A stretch of 43,793 nucleotides of DNA from Candidatus Binataceae bacterium (lineage in GTDB: Bacteria; Desulfobacterota; Binatia; Binatales; Binataceae): assembly GCA_049281755.1 (NCBI GenBank), contig JBAPSR010000073.1:1-43793 (forward strand). The letters run 5' to 3'. The stretch's first letter is position 1, and the number at the start of each line of letters is the position of its first letter. Below, one piece after another: positions 24,517-34,505 of the stretch. A program made the translations under genes and the position numbers. The notes beneath the pieces are model-generated. The model was not told the origin of the DNA. It did not search any database and saw only the letters and a program-made list of their open reading frames with translations.

Positions 24517-25638
24517 TTGAAAAGTGTTGCGGGGACTATCGCCAGTTTTCTTTTCGTCCTGATCGCGGCGGGCTGCACCGGTTCCGCGTCGGGGCAGCCG
24601 GACTATACCAGCAAAGTCGATCAGCTCATCGATTCCGCGCAGACTTCTAACAACATTCCGTCAATCTGCGTCGCGATCGGAAGGAAAGGAAATGTCACGT
24701 ATACGCACTGTGCGGGCTTGATCGACCTCGAGAACAAGATTCCTGCGACTCCCAACTCGATCTATCAAATCGCGTCGGTGACCAAGCAATTCACCTCGGC
24801 GGCGATCATGATGCTGGCGAATCAGAATCCGCCCGCACTATCGCTGACCGATCCGGTCTCCAAATACGTTCCGGAGCTGGCGACTGATCCCGGGATTACG
24901 ATCGAATCGTTGATGAACATGAGCGCGGGGCTCGTCGACTACGTCACGTTGCCCGAGGCCCCGCAATGGTTCAGCGGGGTCGCGCCGCTGACGGTGATCA
25001 ACGCGCTCGCGCCGCTGCCGCTTGGCTTTCCGAGCGGAACTGCCTTTGAATACGTGAACAGCGATCCGTTCGTGCTCGGCGTGGTAATTGAAAATATAAC
25101 CGGCATGTCCTATGGCGACTTTATTCAGAGCAAACTCCTCGCACCCAACGGCCTGACCTCAACCACCTATGGGCCGTCGCCGACGGGAGCCAACGCGGTC
25201 GGATATACCCGCGACGATTCCGGCAATCTCGTTCGCGCCTTAGTGATCGATCCGAGCGCAACCTTCGCTGCCGGCGCGCTCAGCTCTGACGTAACGGATA
25301 TTGTGAAATGGGACGGGCTGCTCCTGGGCGGAAAAATACTGCTCGCCAAGGAGGTCCGTCAGATGACGACGCCGCCGCCGATCACCGGCTCCAGCCATTC
25401 CGAACCTTCGGTATACGGGTACGGACTGGTAGCGACCGATCTCTATGGACGTCCGATAGTGATGCATGGAGGCGGCGTGCCGGGATTCAACAACATCACG
25501 TCGACTTTCACCGATACCGGATGGTCCATCTCGGTGATGTCCAATATCGACAAGCGCGACTACATAGCCGACGGACTCTGGCGTGAGATCCTCGATACGG
25601 TTTGCACGCCGGGCAGTCCCTTCAGGCCGGAGTGCTAG
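24517..25638 (+). CDS. serine hydrolase, beta-lactamase/PBP4*-like family, lipoprotein
   Basis: TTG 24517 lies 6 nt after GGAGA. Lipobox 'IAAGC'. Motifs: 'SVTK' (SxxK), 'YVN' (YxN), 'HGG' triad. Confidence 0.75.
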   Translation: MKSVAGTIASFLFVLIAAGCTGSASGQPDYTSKVDQLIDSAQTSNNIPSICVAIGRKGNVTYTHCAGLIDLENKIPATPNSIYQIASVTKQFTSAAIMMLANQNPPALSLTDPVSKYVPELATDPGITIESLMNMSAGLVDYVTLPEAPQWFSGVAPLTVINALAPLPLGFPSGTAFEYVNSDPFVLGVVIENITGMSYGDFIQSKLLAPNGLTSTTYGPSPTGANAVGYTRDDSGNLVRALVIDPSATFAAGALSSDVTDIVKWDGLLLGGKILLAKEVRQMTTPPPITGSSHSEPSVYGYGLVATDLYGRPIVMHGGGVPGFNNITSTFTDTGWSISVMSNIDKRDYIADGLWREILDTVCTPGSPFRPEC

Positions 25639-25823
25639 CGCCGCGTTTCCAGAAGGCTGAGAATCCATCCGAAAGTGGGCCATCAGGTGGAGCAAGTTGG
25701 ATTTGATCGTTGTTCACAATGGCGGTCTGTTTGAGGTGCTGAAGCGGATATTTGACGTTAACGGACGAACGGCGCAGATTCAGGCAACCTGAACCTGCGG
25801 CTGCTGGGTTCCGCGCAAGGTCG

Positions 25824-26390
25824 ATGACCGGGAAGCAAAGCTGGATCAACCTCAGGTGCCATCCGTCGACACGCTCTGAAACGGTGCGCGCCATTCAGGT
25901 GCTCGTGCGCCGCACGGCGAGCGCCGAACTCCAGATGACCTTCCGCCTCGACGGAGACATTTCTCGAATCTGGTTGTCTTCGCCGGGTGTACCGCGTATC
26001 GCTGAGCAACTTTGGCGCCACACCTGTTTTGAAGCGTTTATCGCAGTGGAAGGATCTCCAGCGTACCACGAGTTCAACTTCGCCCCGTCGGGCGAGTGGG
26101 CAGTTTACGCCTTCTGCAGCTATCGTAACGGCAGTCTTCTCTCGAACGATGCGATGCGTCCGCAAATCGCAGTGCACTTTACCGGTAGTAGGCTCGATCT
26201 GGATGCCCTTGTCCGGCTCGATCTCCTTTCTAACATCCACGGGCGCGCTTCGCTGCACGTCGGGGTCTCGGCGGTCATTGAGGCAAGCGATGGGCTCTCG
26301 TACTGGGCGCTTCGTCATTCGGTCGACAAACCCGATTTTCATGACGCCAATGGATTCGCCATGCTGCTTGAGCCGCCAGGCTCCAAGTAG
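25824..26390 (+). CDS. DOMON-like / CBM9-like domain protein
   Basis: 'LWRHTCFEAFI...YHEFNFAPSGEW...YWALRH...KPDFH' matches the pattern of bacterial DOMON-like proteins, recalled from memory. The start is uncertain: ATG 25824 versus TTG 25752. Confidence 0.5.
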   Translation: MTGKQSWINLRCHPSTRSETVRAIQVLVRRTASAELQMTFRLDGDISRIWLSSPGVPRIAEQLWRHTCFEAFIAVEGSPAYHEFNFAPSGEWAVYAFCSYRNGSLLSNDAMRPQIAVHFTGSRLDLDALVRLDLLSNIHGRASLHVGVSAVIEASDGLSYWALRHSVDKPDFHDANGFAMLLEPPGSK

Positions 26391-26409
26391 TAGGTCTCGA
26401 CCTCTTCCG

Positions 26410-27126
26410 ATGAAGCACTCGCAACCACGAGGTCTCTACAGGCGGCGTGTGGAGCAGCTTCTATCTAAAACGAAGTATGACCGTTCCGCCGGTAGCCGAA
26501 TTGAGGTTCTCTCCCGCCACTTCCTTGGACATTCCTACCAACCAAATCCGCTGATTGGATCGGCCGACACAATCGAGGTGTTCACGGCGGCGCTCGATGG
26601 ATTCGATTGTGTCACGTACATCGAAACAATTTTGGCTCTCGCGCGCGCCTGCACCGTTGAAGACTTCATCGAGTGGCTGCGAAAGATTCGGTATGAACAA
26701 GGCCGGATTCAATGGAAACAGCGAAATCACTACATGACGCTCTGGATTCGCAACAACGTACGCCAGGGTATAATCAGGCGGGTTTCAACGCTGGCCGTAC
26801 CGATACTCAGTAGAGAACGCGTTCTGAATGTCGTACCAGGACTCGCTGCACGGCGGACTCGTGTGAAATATGTACCAAAGCGGGCAGTGCATCGGCTGGC
26901 AGCCTATCTGCACAGCGGTGATTTGATCTTTTTCGTGTCCACACGCAAGAATCTTGACGTCTTTCATGCCGGAATCATCGTGCGCGACGGCAAAAGAGTC
27001 CTCATGCGTCACGCGTCGCGCAGCCAAGGCTCTGTCGTGGAACAGGAACTGAGCGAGTTTCTCAAGACAAACCGGATGGCCGGTGTGATTGTGACGCGGC
27101 CACTAGACGCGACGCATCGCGATTAG
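26410..27126 (+). CDS. DUF1460 (N-acetylmuramoyl-L-alanine amidase-like) domain protein
   Basis: ATG 26410 lies 19 nt after the upstream stop; the 379-aa ORF-track version overlaps the DOMON gene out of frame. Blocks 'FDCVTYIETILALA', 'GDLIFF', 'HAGIIV' resemble DUF1460. Confidence 0.55.
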   Translation: MKHSQPRGLYRRRVEQLLSKTKYDRSAGSRIEVLSRHFLGHSYQPNPLIGSADTIEVFTAALDGFDCVTYIETILALARACTVEDFIEWLRKIRYEQGRIQWKQRNHYMTLWIRNNVRQGIIRRVSTLAVPILSRERVLNVVPGLAARRTRVKYVPKRAVHRLAAYLHSGDLIFFVSTRKNLDVFHAGIIVRDGKRVLMRHASRSQGSVVEQELSEFLKTNRMAGVIVTRPLDATHRD

Positions 27127-27190
27127 CAACTAAGTTGATGCGTTTATCAACGAGGCGAACTCCTTCCTCGGATAGAGGAGATGGCGCGAA

Positions 27191-28480
27191 GTGTCGGGGT
27201 CGAAGGTGAGCATCATCTATCCAAAGGACTATTCGTCCGCGAGTATTCAGAGAGTTCTGGATGCCGCCGACTCCGAAGTGCTATTTCTCGGCGATCCGCG
27301 TGTGACTATCGAGCCTGGACCGCGCATGTTCGATCGGATGGCTCAGGTCATGCACGAAACCGGCGCCGGCTGGGTTTATGCCGACGCGGTGAGCCATCCT
27401 CGTATCGACTATCAAAGCGGCAGCATCCGCGATGGGTTCGATTTCGGCCCAGTAGTCGGCGTGTCGGTTCGAGCCGCGCGTCAGTCAGGAATCGACAGCG
27501 CCTGGAAATGGGGAGGACTATACGACCTACGGTTGAGGATTTCTCAACAGCACGCCATCGTGCGGATTCCCGAACCATTGTACAGCGCGTCGATGGTTGA
27601 TGCCCGGCCGCCAGGTCAACAGCAATTCGACTATGTGGATCCGCGCAATCGCGATTACCAAATCGAAATGGAGCGAATCGCGACCGCGCATCTAAAGCGA
27701 ATCGGCGCCTGGTTGCAGCCGTATTTCGAGAAAGTTACAGCCACGGCAGAAACATTTCCGGTGAAAGCCAGCGTCGTCATACCGGTTCGGAATCGCGAGC
27801 CGACAATTCGAGACGCCGTTCAAAGCGTCCTCGCCCAGAGCGTTGATTTTGAATTTAATGTGATCGTGGTCGATAACCATTCGACGGATCGAACGACAGA
27901 AATCTTGCGTGGCATTAGCGATTCGCGTGTCAAACACATCGTTCCAGAACGCCGGGACTTGGGAATCGGCGGATGTTGGAACGAGGCGATCTATTCCAGG
28001 GACTGCGGACAATACGCCATCCAACTTGATTCTGACGACCTGTACGTCAATGACGGTGTCATTCGCCGGATCGTCGCAGAGCTTGAAGCGGGCCCTTATG
28101 CGATGGTCATAGGCTCCTACACGATGGTCGATTTTTCGCTGAAGGAGATTTCACCCGGTCTCATAGACCATCGCGAGTGGAGCCGCGAGAACGGAAGAAA
28201 TAATGCGCTCCGTGTCAATGGTTTGGGCGCGCCGCGCGCATTCAATACCTCGGTTTTGCGCCGTATCGGATTTCCGAATGTCAGCTATGGCGAGGATTAC
28301 GCCGTAGCGCTCCGCATCAGCCGCGATTACGAGATCGGCCGGATTTACGACTCGGTTTATCTTTGCCGCCGTTGGGAAGGCAATAGCGACAGCGCGTTGC
28401 CACTCGAGGTTGCGAATCGGTACGATTCGTATAAGGACTGGCTCCGAACTACCGAGATGCAGGCGCGGATCCGGGGATGA
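27191..28480 (+). CDS. family-2 glycosyltransferase with ~190-aa N-terminal extension of unknown function
   Basis: GT-A core: 'ASVVIPVRNREPTIRDAVQSVLAQS', 'VIVVDNHSTDRT', 'QLDSDDLY' (DxD). GAGGAG lies upstream of GTG 27191. Confidence 0.8.
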   Translation: MSGSKVSIIYPKDYSSASIQRVLDAADSEVLFLGDPRVTIEPGPRMFDRMAQVMHETGAGWVYADAVSHPRIDYQSGSIRDGFDFGPVVGVSVRAARQSGIDSAWKWGGLYDLRLRISQQHAIVRIPEPLYSASMVDARPPGQQQFDYVDPRNRDYQIEMERIATAHLKRIGAWLQPYFEKVTATAETFPVKASVVIPVRNREPTIRDAVQSVLAQSVDFEFNVIVVDNHSTDRTTEILRGISDSRVKHIVPERRDLGIGGCWNEAIYSRDCGQYAIQLDSDDLYVNDGVIRRIVAELEAGPYAMVIGSYTMVDFSLKEISPGLIDHREWSRENGRNNALRVNGLGAPRAFNTSVLRRIGFPNVSYGEDYAVALRISRDYEIGRIYDSVYLCRRWEGNSDSALPLEVANRYDSYKDWLRTTEMQARIRG

Positions 28481-29370
28481 TCCACGAACTGGAAGATCTG
28501 TTTGAGCGGCAGACGCGGACATGGCCGCAGCTCGCGCAAGGTATTGAAGGCCTGGCGCGGGCGAAAACACGGCCGGTACGGATCGACTGGTTCGACATTT
28601 TCATCCGCCACATTCCCCATCGCTTGGGCAGTACCACTGCTTCGGTCGACCGGGAGTCGGTTGCGAACCGGCCCTGTTTCTTATGTGCAGGAAATCTTCC
28701 TCCAGAGGAGGAAGGTGTGCGGTTTGATGAGGATTTCACGATCTACTGCAATCCCTTTTCAATCGTGGATCGTCACCTGACGATCGCCCACAGGAAACAT
28801 GGTTCGCAGCGCATCGCGAATCAGTTTGGAACAATGTTGGCCCTTGCTGCGGCGTTGCCGGGATATTTCGTCATCTATAACGGTCCGGAATGCGGGGCGT
28901 CCGCACCAGACCATATGCACTTTCAGGCAGGCTCGCGAAGATTGTTTCCGATCGAGAAAGACACCGCCGGACTGACTGGCATCGCCGTGCCGAACTACGG
29001 AAGAAATGTGCTCTTGTTTCGTGAAACGGATCGGTCTGCTTTGATCCGTCGAATGGATCGCGCCCTCGACCTGCTCGCGGAAATGACCGGCAAACGCGCA
29101 GAACCGATGGTCAATATTGCGGTCATTCATCAGAAAGGAGAGTGGGTCACGTATCTGTTCCCGCGAGGAAAACACCGGCCAGAGGTCTTCCACACAGGCG
29201 AACTGACGGTGAGTCCGGCATCGATTGATTTGTGTGGAATATTGGTTGTGCCTCTGGCACAGGATTTTGAAAGAATCACGGCGGACGCGATTGTCGCAAT
29301 TTTCCGAGAGGTCACTTTGCCTGACGGTCAGTTTCAGGAAGTCGCCAAGAAACTGGAGGCTGAGCGTTGA
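28477..29370 (+). CDS. DUF4922 / GDP-hexose phosphorylase-like HIT-superfamily protein
   Basis: ATGA overlap with the GT2 stop. 'APDHMHFQAG' is the HxHxQ motif of the GalT/VTC2 branch of the HIT superfamily. The 'CFLC' region lies upstream. Confidence 0.6.
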   Translation: MIHELEDLFERQTRTWPQLAQGIEGLARAKTRPVRIDWFDIFIRHIPHRLGSTTASVDRESVANRPCFLCAGNLPPEEEGVRFDEDFTIYCNPFSIVDRHLTIAHRKHGSQRIANQFGTMLALAAALPGYFVIYNGPECGASAPDHMHFQAGSRRLFPIEKDTAGLTGIAVPNYGRNVLLFRETDRSALIRRMDRALDLLAEMTGKRAEPMVNIAVIHQKGEWVTYLFPRGKHRPEVFHTGELTVSPASIDLCGILVVPLAQDFERITADAIVAIFREVTLPDGQFQEVAKKLEAER

Positions 29371-30587
29371 ACGTATCTGTAGGCCTGATGGAAAGGCAAT
29401 CCGCGGTTGAAGTGGAATTGATCGGCAGGTTTACGGACACTTCCGGCAAGCCGTACATTTCCGGGCGCTACAGATTTGCTTCTGAAGTGACGCTTACTGC
29501 GTCGGACCTGGCAGTGTGCGCGTTTGCGCTGGACGACGTCACGATCGGAATTGGATTTCATTGGGAACGCAAGGAGCGCCAGGTATTCCGTGGAGCTCTT
29601 CGCCTCATAAAACGAGAAGCCGGTCTGACGGTGATTAATGATGTTTCGCTCGAAGAGTACGTCACCAGCGTGATTTCATCTGAGATGAGCGCGTCTTGTC
29701 CTCTCGAACTGCTGAAAGCTCACGCGGTGATTTCGCGCAGCTGGCTGTGGTTTCCAAAAGCAACTCCCTCTGCGCCCGAGAAAAGACAGAGTCAGGCTCT
29801 CGATTCTCACGAAATTCTTCGCTGGTACGGGCGCGAAGCGCATCCGGATTTTGATGTGTGCGCCGACGACCACTGCCAGCGCTATCAGGGCATCACGAAA
29901 ATGTTCTCAGCGGCTGCAGCTGACGCGGTTCGCGCTACCGCCGGCGAGTTTCTCCGTTACCACGGCGCTATCTGCGACGCCCGGTTTTCCAAGTCCTGCG
30001 GCGGAATAACCGAGCGCTACGCGACCGCTTGGGAAGATCAGGATATTCCCTATCTCAGATCTGTTTACGACGGTGCGGCACAATCGCGCGCTTACAGTCC
30101 TGAAACATGGATCCGCTCGAGCCCGGAGGCTTACTGCAATACGGACGATTCGGAGCTCCTCTCACGCGTTCTCCCGGGGTTCGACCAGGAAACCCGCGAT
30201 TTCTTTCGATGGAAGGTCGCCTACACGCCCGAAGAACTCGCCGATCTGATCTGTTCGAGGATTGCCGTGGACCTTGGTCCGATTCGCGACATGCAGGCAG
30301 TCGCCCGCGGACCTTCAGGCCGGATATATCGGCTGAAGATCATCGGCACACGCGATCACGTCACCGTCGGTAAAGAACTGGAAATTCGCCGGGCTTTGTC
30401 GCGCACGCATCTCTACAGCTCTGCATTCGTCGTAGACAACGAGTCTGGCCGTTTTGTCTTGAGAGGAGCCGGCTGGGGACATGGTGTCGGCCTATGCCAG
30501 ATCGGCGCGGCAGTTATGGCAAACGAGGGCAAGCCCTACTCAGAAATCTTGCAGCATTACTATCGTGGAACCACCGTTAGCGTTTGA
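29367..30587 (+). CDS. SpoIID/LytB domain protein (peptidoglycan lytic transglycosylase / amidase enhancer family)
   Basis: TTGA overlap with the upstream stop; an alternative ATG is at 29388. Motifs: 'VISRSWLW', 'DVCADDHCQRYQG', 'FSKSCGGITE', 'GWGHGVGLCQIGA'. Confidence 0.8.
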   Translation: MNVSVGLMERQSAVEVELIGRFTDTSGKPYISGRYRFASEVTLTASDLAVCAFALDDVTIGIGFHWERKERQVFRGALRLIKREAGLTVINDVSLEEYVTSVISSEMSASCPLELLKAHAVISRSWLWFPKATPSAPEKRQSQALDSHEILRWYGREAHPDFDVCADDHCQRYQGITKMFSAAAADAVRATAGEFLRYHGAICDARFSKSCGGITERYATAWEDQDIPYLRSVYDGAAQSRAYSPETWIRSSPEAYCNTDDSELLSRVLPGFDQETRDFFRWKVAYTPEELADLICSRIAVDLGPIRDMQAVARGPSGRIYRLKIIGTRDHVTVGKELEIRRALSRTHLYSSAFVVDNESGRFVLRGAGWGHGVGLCQIGAAVMANEGKPYSEILQHYYRGTTVSV

Positions 30588-30632
30588 TTTCCGCGCCGCC
30601 CGACCAACTGACCTCCGGGTTGCGAAAGGACG

Positions 30633-31124
30633 TTACCTGAGTGGCGGCAACGCGATTGGATCAGGAAGTTGCGACGCGGGCCAGGGGCGGTTGTGCTTCG
30701 CCGCGATCTCGCCGACGACACGCTCCCAGCGCTCCTTCCCGAAGCTCTTGTAGGTCTGGAACGGATTGACGTATTCGCGCATGCGAAACGCCCGATCGTT
30801 TCTGATCGTGATCAGGGTGAAATAGCGCTGCGTATAGCGGCCGCCGTCCACGGTATCGCCACCGCCTGATGATTCCACGATGGTGGTATCCGGATCGGCT
30901 GTGGGATACACCGCCGCCGGCTTTGTGCTGAAACGCGGAACCACGCTCAGCAGAAATTCCATAAAACGGCTCACCGCCTCGAACCCGATCAGCGTCACCG
31001 GGATCTCGAACGTCGGACCCTCCCAGATGGCGTCCTCGTGCAGGGCATCGAGCCAGATGGCGCGCTGTTCTTCCAAGGTGGTGATCTTGCCGCCGAAGGC
31101 GTCACCGAGGTTCTTCCGGGCCAT
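30633..31124 (-). CDS. NTF2-like (SnoaL/PhzA-B-like) small protein
   Basis: 163-aa ORF of the size and alpha+beta pattern typical of NTF2-fold proteins; no diagnostic motif. It lies directly downstream of the BVMO on the same strand. Confidence 0.4.
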   Translation of the reverse strand: MARKNLGDAFGGKITTLEEQRAIWLDALHEDAIWEGPTFEIPVTLIGFEAVSRFMEFLLSVVPRFSTKPAAVYPTADPDTTIVESSGGGDTVDGGRYTQRYFTLITIRNDRAFRMREYVNPFQTYKSFGKERWERVVGEIAAKHNRPWPASQLPDPIALPPLR

Positions 31125-31209
31125 GGGCTGTCTCCTTTGCGCGTCTTACTAGAACGATTTCCTCGCGTCGATAGTGCAACAAAGATGAAAGGGTGGAAAC
31201 GACACGCGC

Positions 31210-31231
31210 CGCCGTCCAGATCGGGACGGCG
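31210..31231 (-). terminator. possible terminator hairpin downstream of the BVMO gene
   Basis: CGCCGTCC-agatcg-GGACGGCG forms an 8-bp GC stem. The T/A-rich flanks are weak on both strands. Confidence 0.3.
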
Positions 31232-31263
31232 CGCTTTCTTGGAAAAAACGTTAGGCTCGCTGC

Positions 31264-33084
31264 TTAGCTCAACTCGAGGCCTTCGAGGTCACCCTTCTCG
31301 CGCCACTTCTTCATCAGCGCGTTGAACGCGTTGATGCCCGGCGCATACGCGTTGGCGCCAAAGCCGTCGGACCCAGGTTCGAAGTGGCCCTCGTTGTTGT
31401 AATATCCAGGCGTGCAGTTCGCCAGGAAGCGCGCCGCGACCACCGCGAGGCGTTTGATTTCGGCGACCCACTCCGTCTCTGCTTCTTTAGTCGGCTGCGA
31501 GTAGCGAACCCCCCGGTTCATCACCTGTTTGATGATGTAGCCGATGTGCTGGGCCTGGTCGTCCAGGACCGAGGTCAGGTTGACCGAAGCGCCGTTCTGC
31601 GACTGCCCCAGGATGAAGCAGTTGGGGAAGCCGTGACTGGAGAAGCCATGGTAGGTCTTCATCCCGCCGGTCCAGTAATCGGTCAAGGTGACGTCGTTCA
31701 TGCCGATGACTTCGTAGCCCGCGCGCCGAGTCCATGCTGTGCCGACCTCGAATCCGGTGGCGAAGATAATGCAATCGACGGGGTACTCGATGCCGTTCGC
31801 AACGATACCGGTCTTGGTGATCCGCTCAACGCCCTGGCTGTCGCTGGTGTTGATCAGCTTGACGTTCGGTCGGTTGAAGGTTGGCAGATAGTCGTCGTTG
31901 AACGTCGGCCGCTTGCAGAACTGGCGGTACCAGGGCTTCAGTGCCTCGGCAGTGGCCCGATCGGCGACGGTTTGGTCAACCCGTGCGCGGACGCCGTTCA
32001 TTTTCTGAAAGTCGGCGATTTCCATGAGCATCGCTGTCTGGCGCTTCGAGAGTTCGGCTGCGCGGGCGGACTTTTTCGCCGCGACGCCGAGGTTACGAAA
32101 GATGTCGGTCCAGCCATCGTTGACAAGGTCTTTTTCGACCGGAACGCCGATAACCATGTTGTTGAAGTTCTCGCGCCGCTCTCGCTGCCATCCAGGCTTC
32201 AGATTCTTGGCCCATTCGGTATCGGTTGGTTTGTTTCCCCGCACATCTACTGACGAGGGGGTGCGCTGGAAGACATAGAGTTGCTTGGCGTGCGCGCCGA
32301 CGAACGGCACGCATTGGATGGCGGTAGCGCCGGTGCCGATTACCGCCACGCGCTTATCTGCGAGCTTGGTCAGGCCGCCCGAGTGGTCGCCCCCGGTGTA
32401 GTCATAATCCCAGCGGCTGGTATGGAAGGTGTGGCCCTCGAAGTCAGCGATGCCAGGGATTGCGGGCAATTTTGGTCGGTTTAGAGGACCGGTAGCCATA
32501 ACCACGAAACGGGCCCGCATCGCATCGCCACGGTCGGTCGAGACGATCCAGCGCGCGACATCCTTGTCCCAGCGCAGTTCCGACACTCGCGTTTGGAAAC
32601 ACGCCTTGTCGTATAGGTTGTAGTGTTTTGCGATACGCCGCGAGTGCTCGTAGATCTCGGGTGCGAAGGAATACTTCTCCTTCGGCATGTAGCCGAGCTC
32701 TTCGATCAGCGGCAGGTAGCAATAGCTTTCGATGTCGCACTGGGCGCCCGGATAGCGATTCCAGTACCAGGTGCCGCCGAAGTCGCCGCCGGACTCAATG
32801 ATTCGAACGTCGTTGATACCGGCCTCGTGGAAACGCGCGCCGGCCAGCAATCCGCCGAAACCTCCCCCGATAACTACCACATCGATCTCGTCGGTCAGCG
32901 GCGCGCGATCAAAAGGTTTCACATAAGGGTCGTCCAGATAGTGAGCGAACTTGCCGGCCACTTCGACGTATTGCGCATTGCCGTCGGTGCGAACGCGCTT
33001 GTCACGCTCCTGCTTGTATTTCTCGCGCAGGGCGTCCGGATCGAAATCCAGCTTCAGGTCAGCGATAAAGGTCGAATCTTCCAT
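31264..33084 (-). CDS. type I Baeyer-Villiger monooxygenase (FAD/NADPH-dependent)
   Basis: 'VVVIGGGFGGL' (FAD GxGxxG). 'GGTWYWNRYPGAQCD'. BVMO fingerprint 'FEGHTFHTSRWD' (FxGxxxHxxxW[P/D]). Second Rossmann motif 'VAVIGTGATAIQ'. Confidence 0.9.
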   Translation of the reverse strand: MEDSTFIADLKLDFDPDALREKYKQERDKRVRTDGNAQYVEVAGKFAHYLDDPYVKPFDRAPLTDEIDVVVIGGGFGGLLAGARFHEAGINDVRIIESGGDFGGTWYWNRYPGAQCDIESYCYLPLIEELGYMPKEKYSFAPEIYEHSRRIAKHYNLYDKACFQTRVSELRWDKDVARWIVSTDRGDAMRARFVVMATGPLNRPKLPAIPGIADFEGHTFHTSRWDYDYTGGDHSGGLTKLADKRVAVIGTGATAIQCVPFVGAHAKQLYVFQRTPSSVDVRGNKPTDTEWAKNLKPGWQRERRENFNNMVIGVPVEKDLVNDGWTDIFRNLGVAAKKSARAAELSKRQTAMLMEIADFQKMNGVRARVDQTVADRATAEALKPWYRQFCKRPTFNDDYLPTFNRPNVKLINTSDSQGVERITKTGIVANGIEYPVDCIIFATGFEVGTAWTRRAGYEVIGMNDVTLTDYWTGGMKTYHGFSSHGFPNCFILGQSQNGASVNLTSVLDDQAQHIGYIIKQVMNRGVRYSQPTKEAETEWVAEIKRLAVVAARFLANCTPGYYNNEGHFEPGSDGFGANAYAPGINAFNALMKKWREKGDLEGLELS

Positions 33085-33389
33085 TTCTTATCCCACCTGT
33101 CTTTCATCGTTCGCGCGCGAATAGTGTGGAGGAGATGATTCTCTATTGCCGGAAATGCTGCGAAGAGAATTACTCTCCTTCACATTATTCATTCGTGCTG
33201 GCTACTCACGACGTTTCGCGATAACCGGTGCCCTGTGATCGATGCTGGCGCGCCGATGCACTATTATCTAATTTCGTATCCGCGACCATTGCGCCAGGGA
33301 GCTACCATAATACGGTTCGCGGGATATGATACGCATGCTCCGCCAATTCCGAGGTTGAGTGCCGCGCCGGTCTGACTCTTTGTTGCTCG

Positions 33390-34505
33390 TCAAATCAAAC
33401 CGTAACATCGTGCGGCATTGTCGCCCATAATCTTGCGCTGGGATTCTCTGGGCAATACGGCACAGTGCTCCCGCAATTCCGCGACCGCCCCCGGAAATTC
33501 ACAGTCGTAATGAGGATAATCGGATGCCCACATTATCACTGAGTCCAGGCGCAAAATCTCTATCGCCTTAAGTACTACGTCGTCTGGCTCGCATGAGCAG
33601 AAACACTGACGCTGAAAATATTCGCTGGGTTTCATTCGCACCTTGGGCACCATATGTCCGATCTTCTCATGAAATTCGTCCAGCCGTGCCAGCCACCACG
33701 GTACCCAACCGCCGCCCGCTTCTAGAAACGCGATCCTGAGCCGCGGATATCGGTCAAGAACTCCGCTGCAGATAAGGTCCATGCACGCCATCTGTTGTTC
33801 CAGCGGATGCGAGATGATCATACGCTGAAAGAAGTCGTGGTACCGATCGAATCCGGCAGTAGGCATATCGCCGCCCACTGCGCCGTGGAGAGCGATAGTA
33901 CAATCGAGCTCTTGCGCTTCGGCCCAGAACGCCTCGTTGGAGGGATCGCTTAGTAGTCGGCCGTTATATGGATTTGACCGCACCATAACGGCCTTCACCC
34001 CATGTTCCCGAACGACCCGGCGCATTTCCGCGATCGCCGCGCCAACCTCCTGAAGCGGGACCGGCGCGACGGAGTAGAGACGATCTCGCGCGACGGCGCA
34101 GAAATCATTCATCCAATTGTTGTAGGCGCTACACGCTGCCGCCGATATCTCAGGATCGGCTATAGCCACGAATCCGAGCGCGACGGAAGGGAAGAGAACC
34201 GAGACGTCGATGCCCTCTGAATCCATATCTATAAGGCGGGCGTGAGGATCGAAACTTCCCGGACGCAGATCGTCCCACGATAGTTTCCGCATCGACTCCG
34301 TGCTGATGAGCCCGCCCGGTATGCACATGGCAGCGGGCGCATAGATGCTACCCGTGGGCATCCGGTCGCCGATCGCAATCCGATCGATCCCGTCGGAATC
34401 TTTCGTGACCCGTGGAATCCGATCGCGAAATTCAGGCTCGACGTAGTCTTGCCAAAACGAGCGCGGCTCCACGATATGACCGTCTGAATCAATCACCTTG
34501 CTCAT
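33390..34505 (-). CDS. amidohydrolase_2 (ACMSD/LigW-like metal-dependent hydrolase/decarboxylase) family protein
   Basis: ATG 34505 ('MSKVIDSDGHIVEP'). 'ALHGAVGG', 'HPLEQQ' and 'WASDYPHYD' fit the family's metal-ligand pattern. Confidence 0.75.
   Translation of the reverse strand: MSKVIDSDGHIVEPRSFWQDYVEPEFRDRIPRVTKDSDGIDRIAIGDRMPTGSIYAPAAMCIPGGLISTESMRKLSWDDLRPGSFDPHARLIDMDSEGIDVSVLFPSVALGFVAIADPEISAAACSAYNNWMNDFCAVARDRLYSVAPVPLQEVGAAIAEMRRVVREHGVKAVMVRSNPYNGRLLSDPSNEAFWAEAQELDCTIALHGAVGGDMPTAGFDRYHDFFQRMIISHPLEQQMACMDLICSGVLDRYPRLRIAFLEAGGGWVPWWLARLDEFHEKIGHMVPKVRMKPSEYFQRQCFCSCEPDDVVLKAIEILRLDSVIMWASDYPHYDCEFPGAVAELREHCAVLPRESQRKIMGDNAARCYGLI

Noticed and set aside
33126-33225. A GGAGGAG followed by an ATG opening a ~29-codon ORF (MILYCRKCCEEN...) in the 305-nt BVMO upstream region.
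   Set aside because: The spacing between SD and ATG is only about 2 nt. There is no supporting motif or conservation. The region is more simply the BVMO promoter and 5' UTR.
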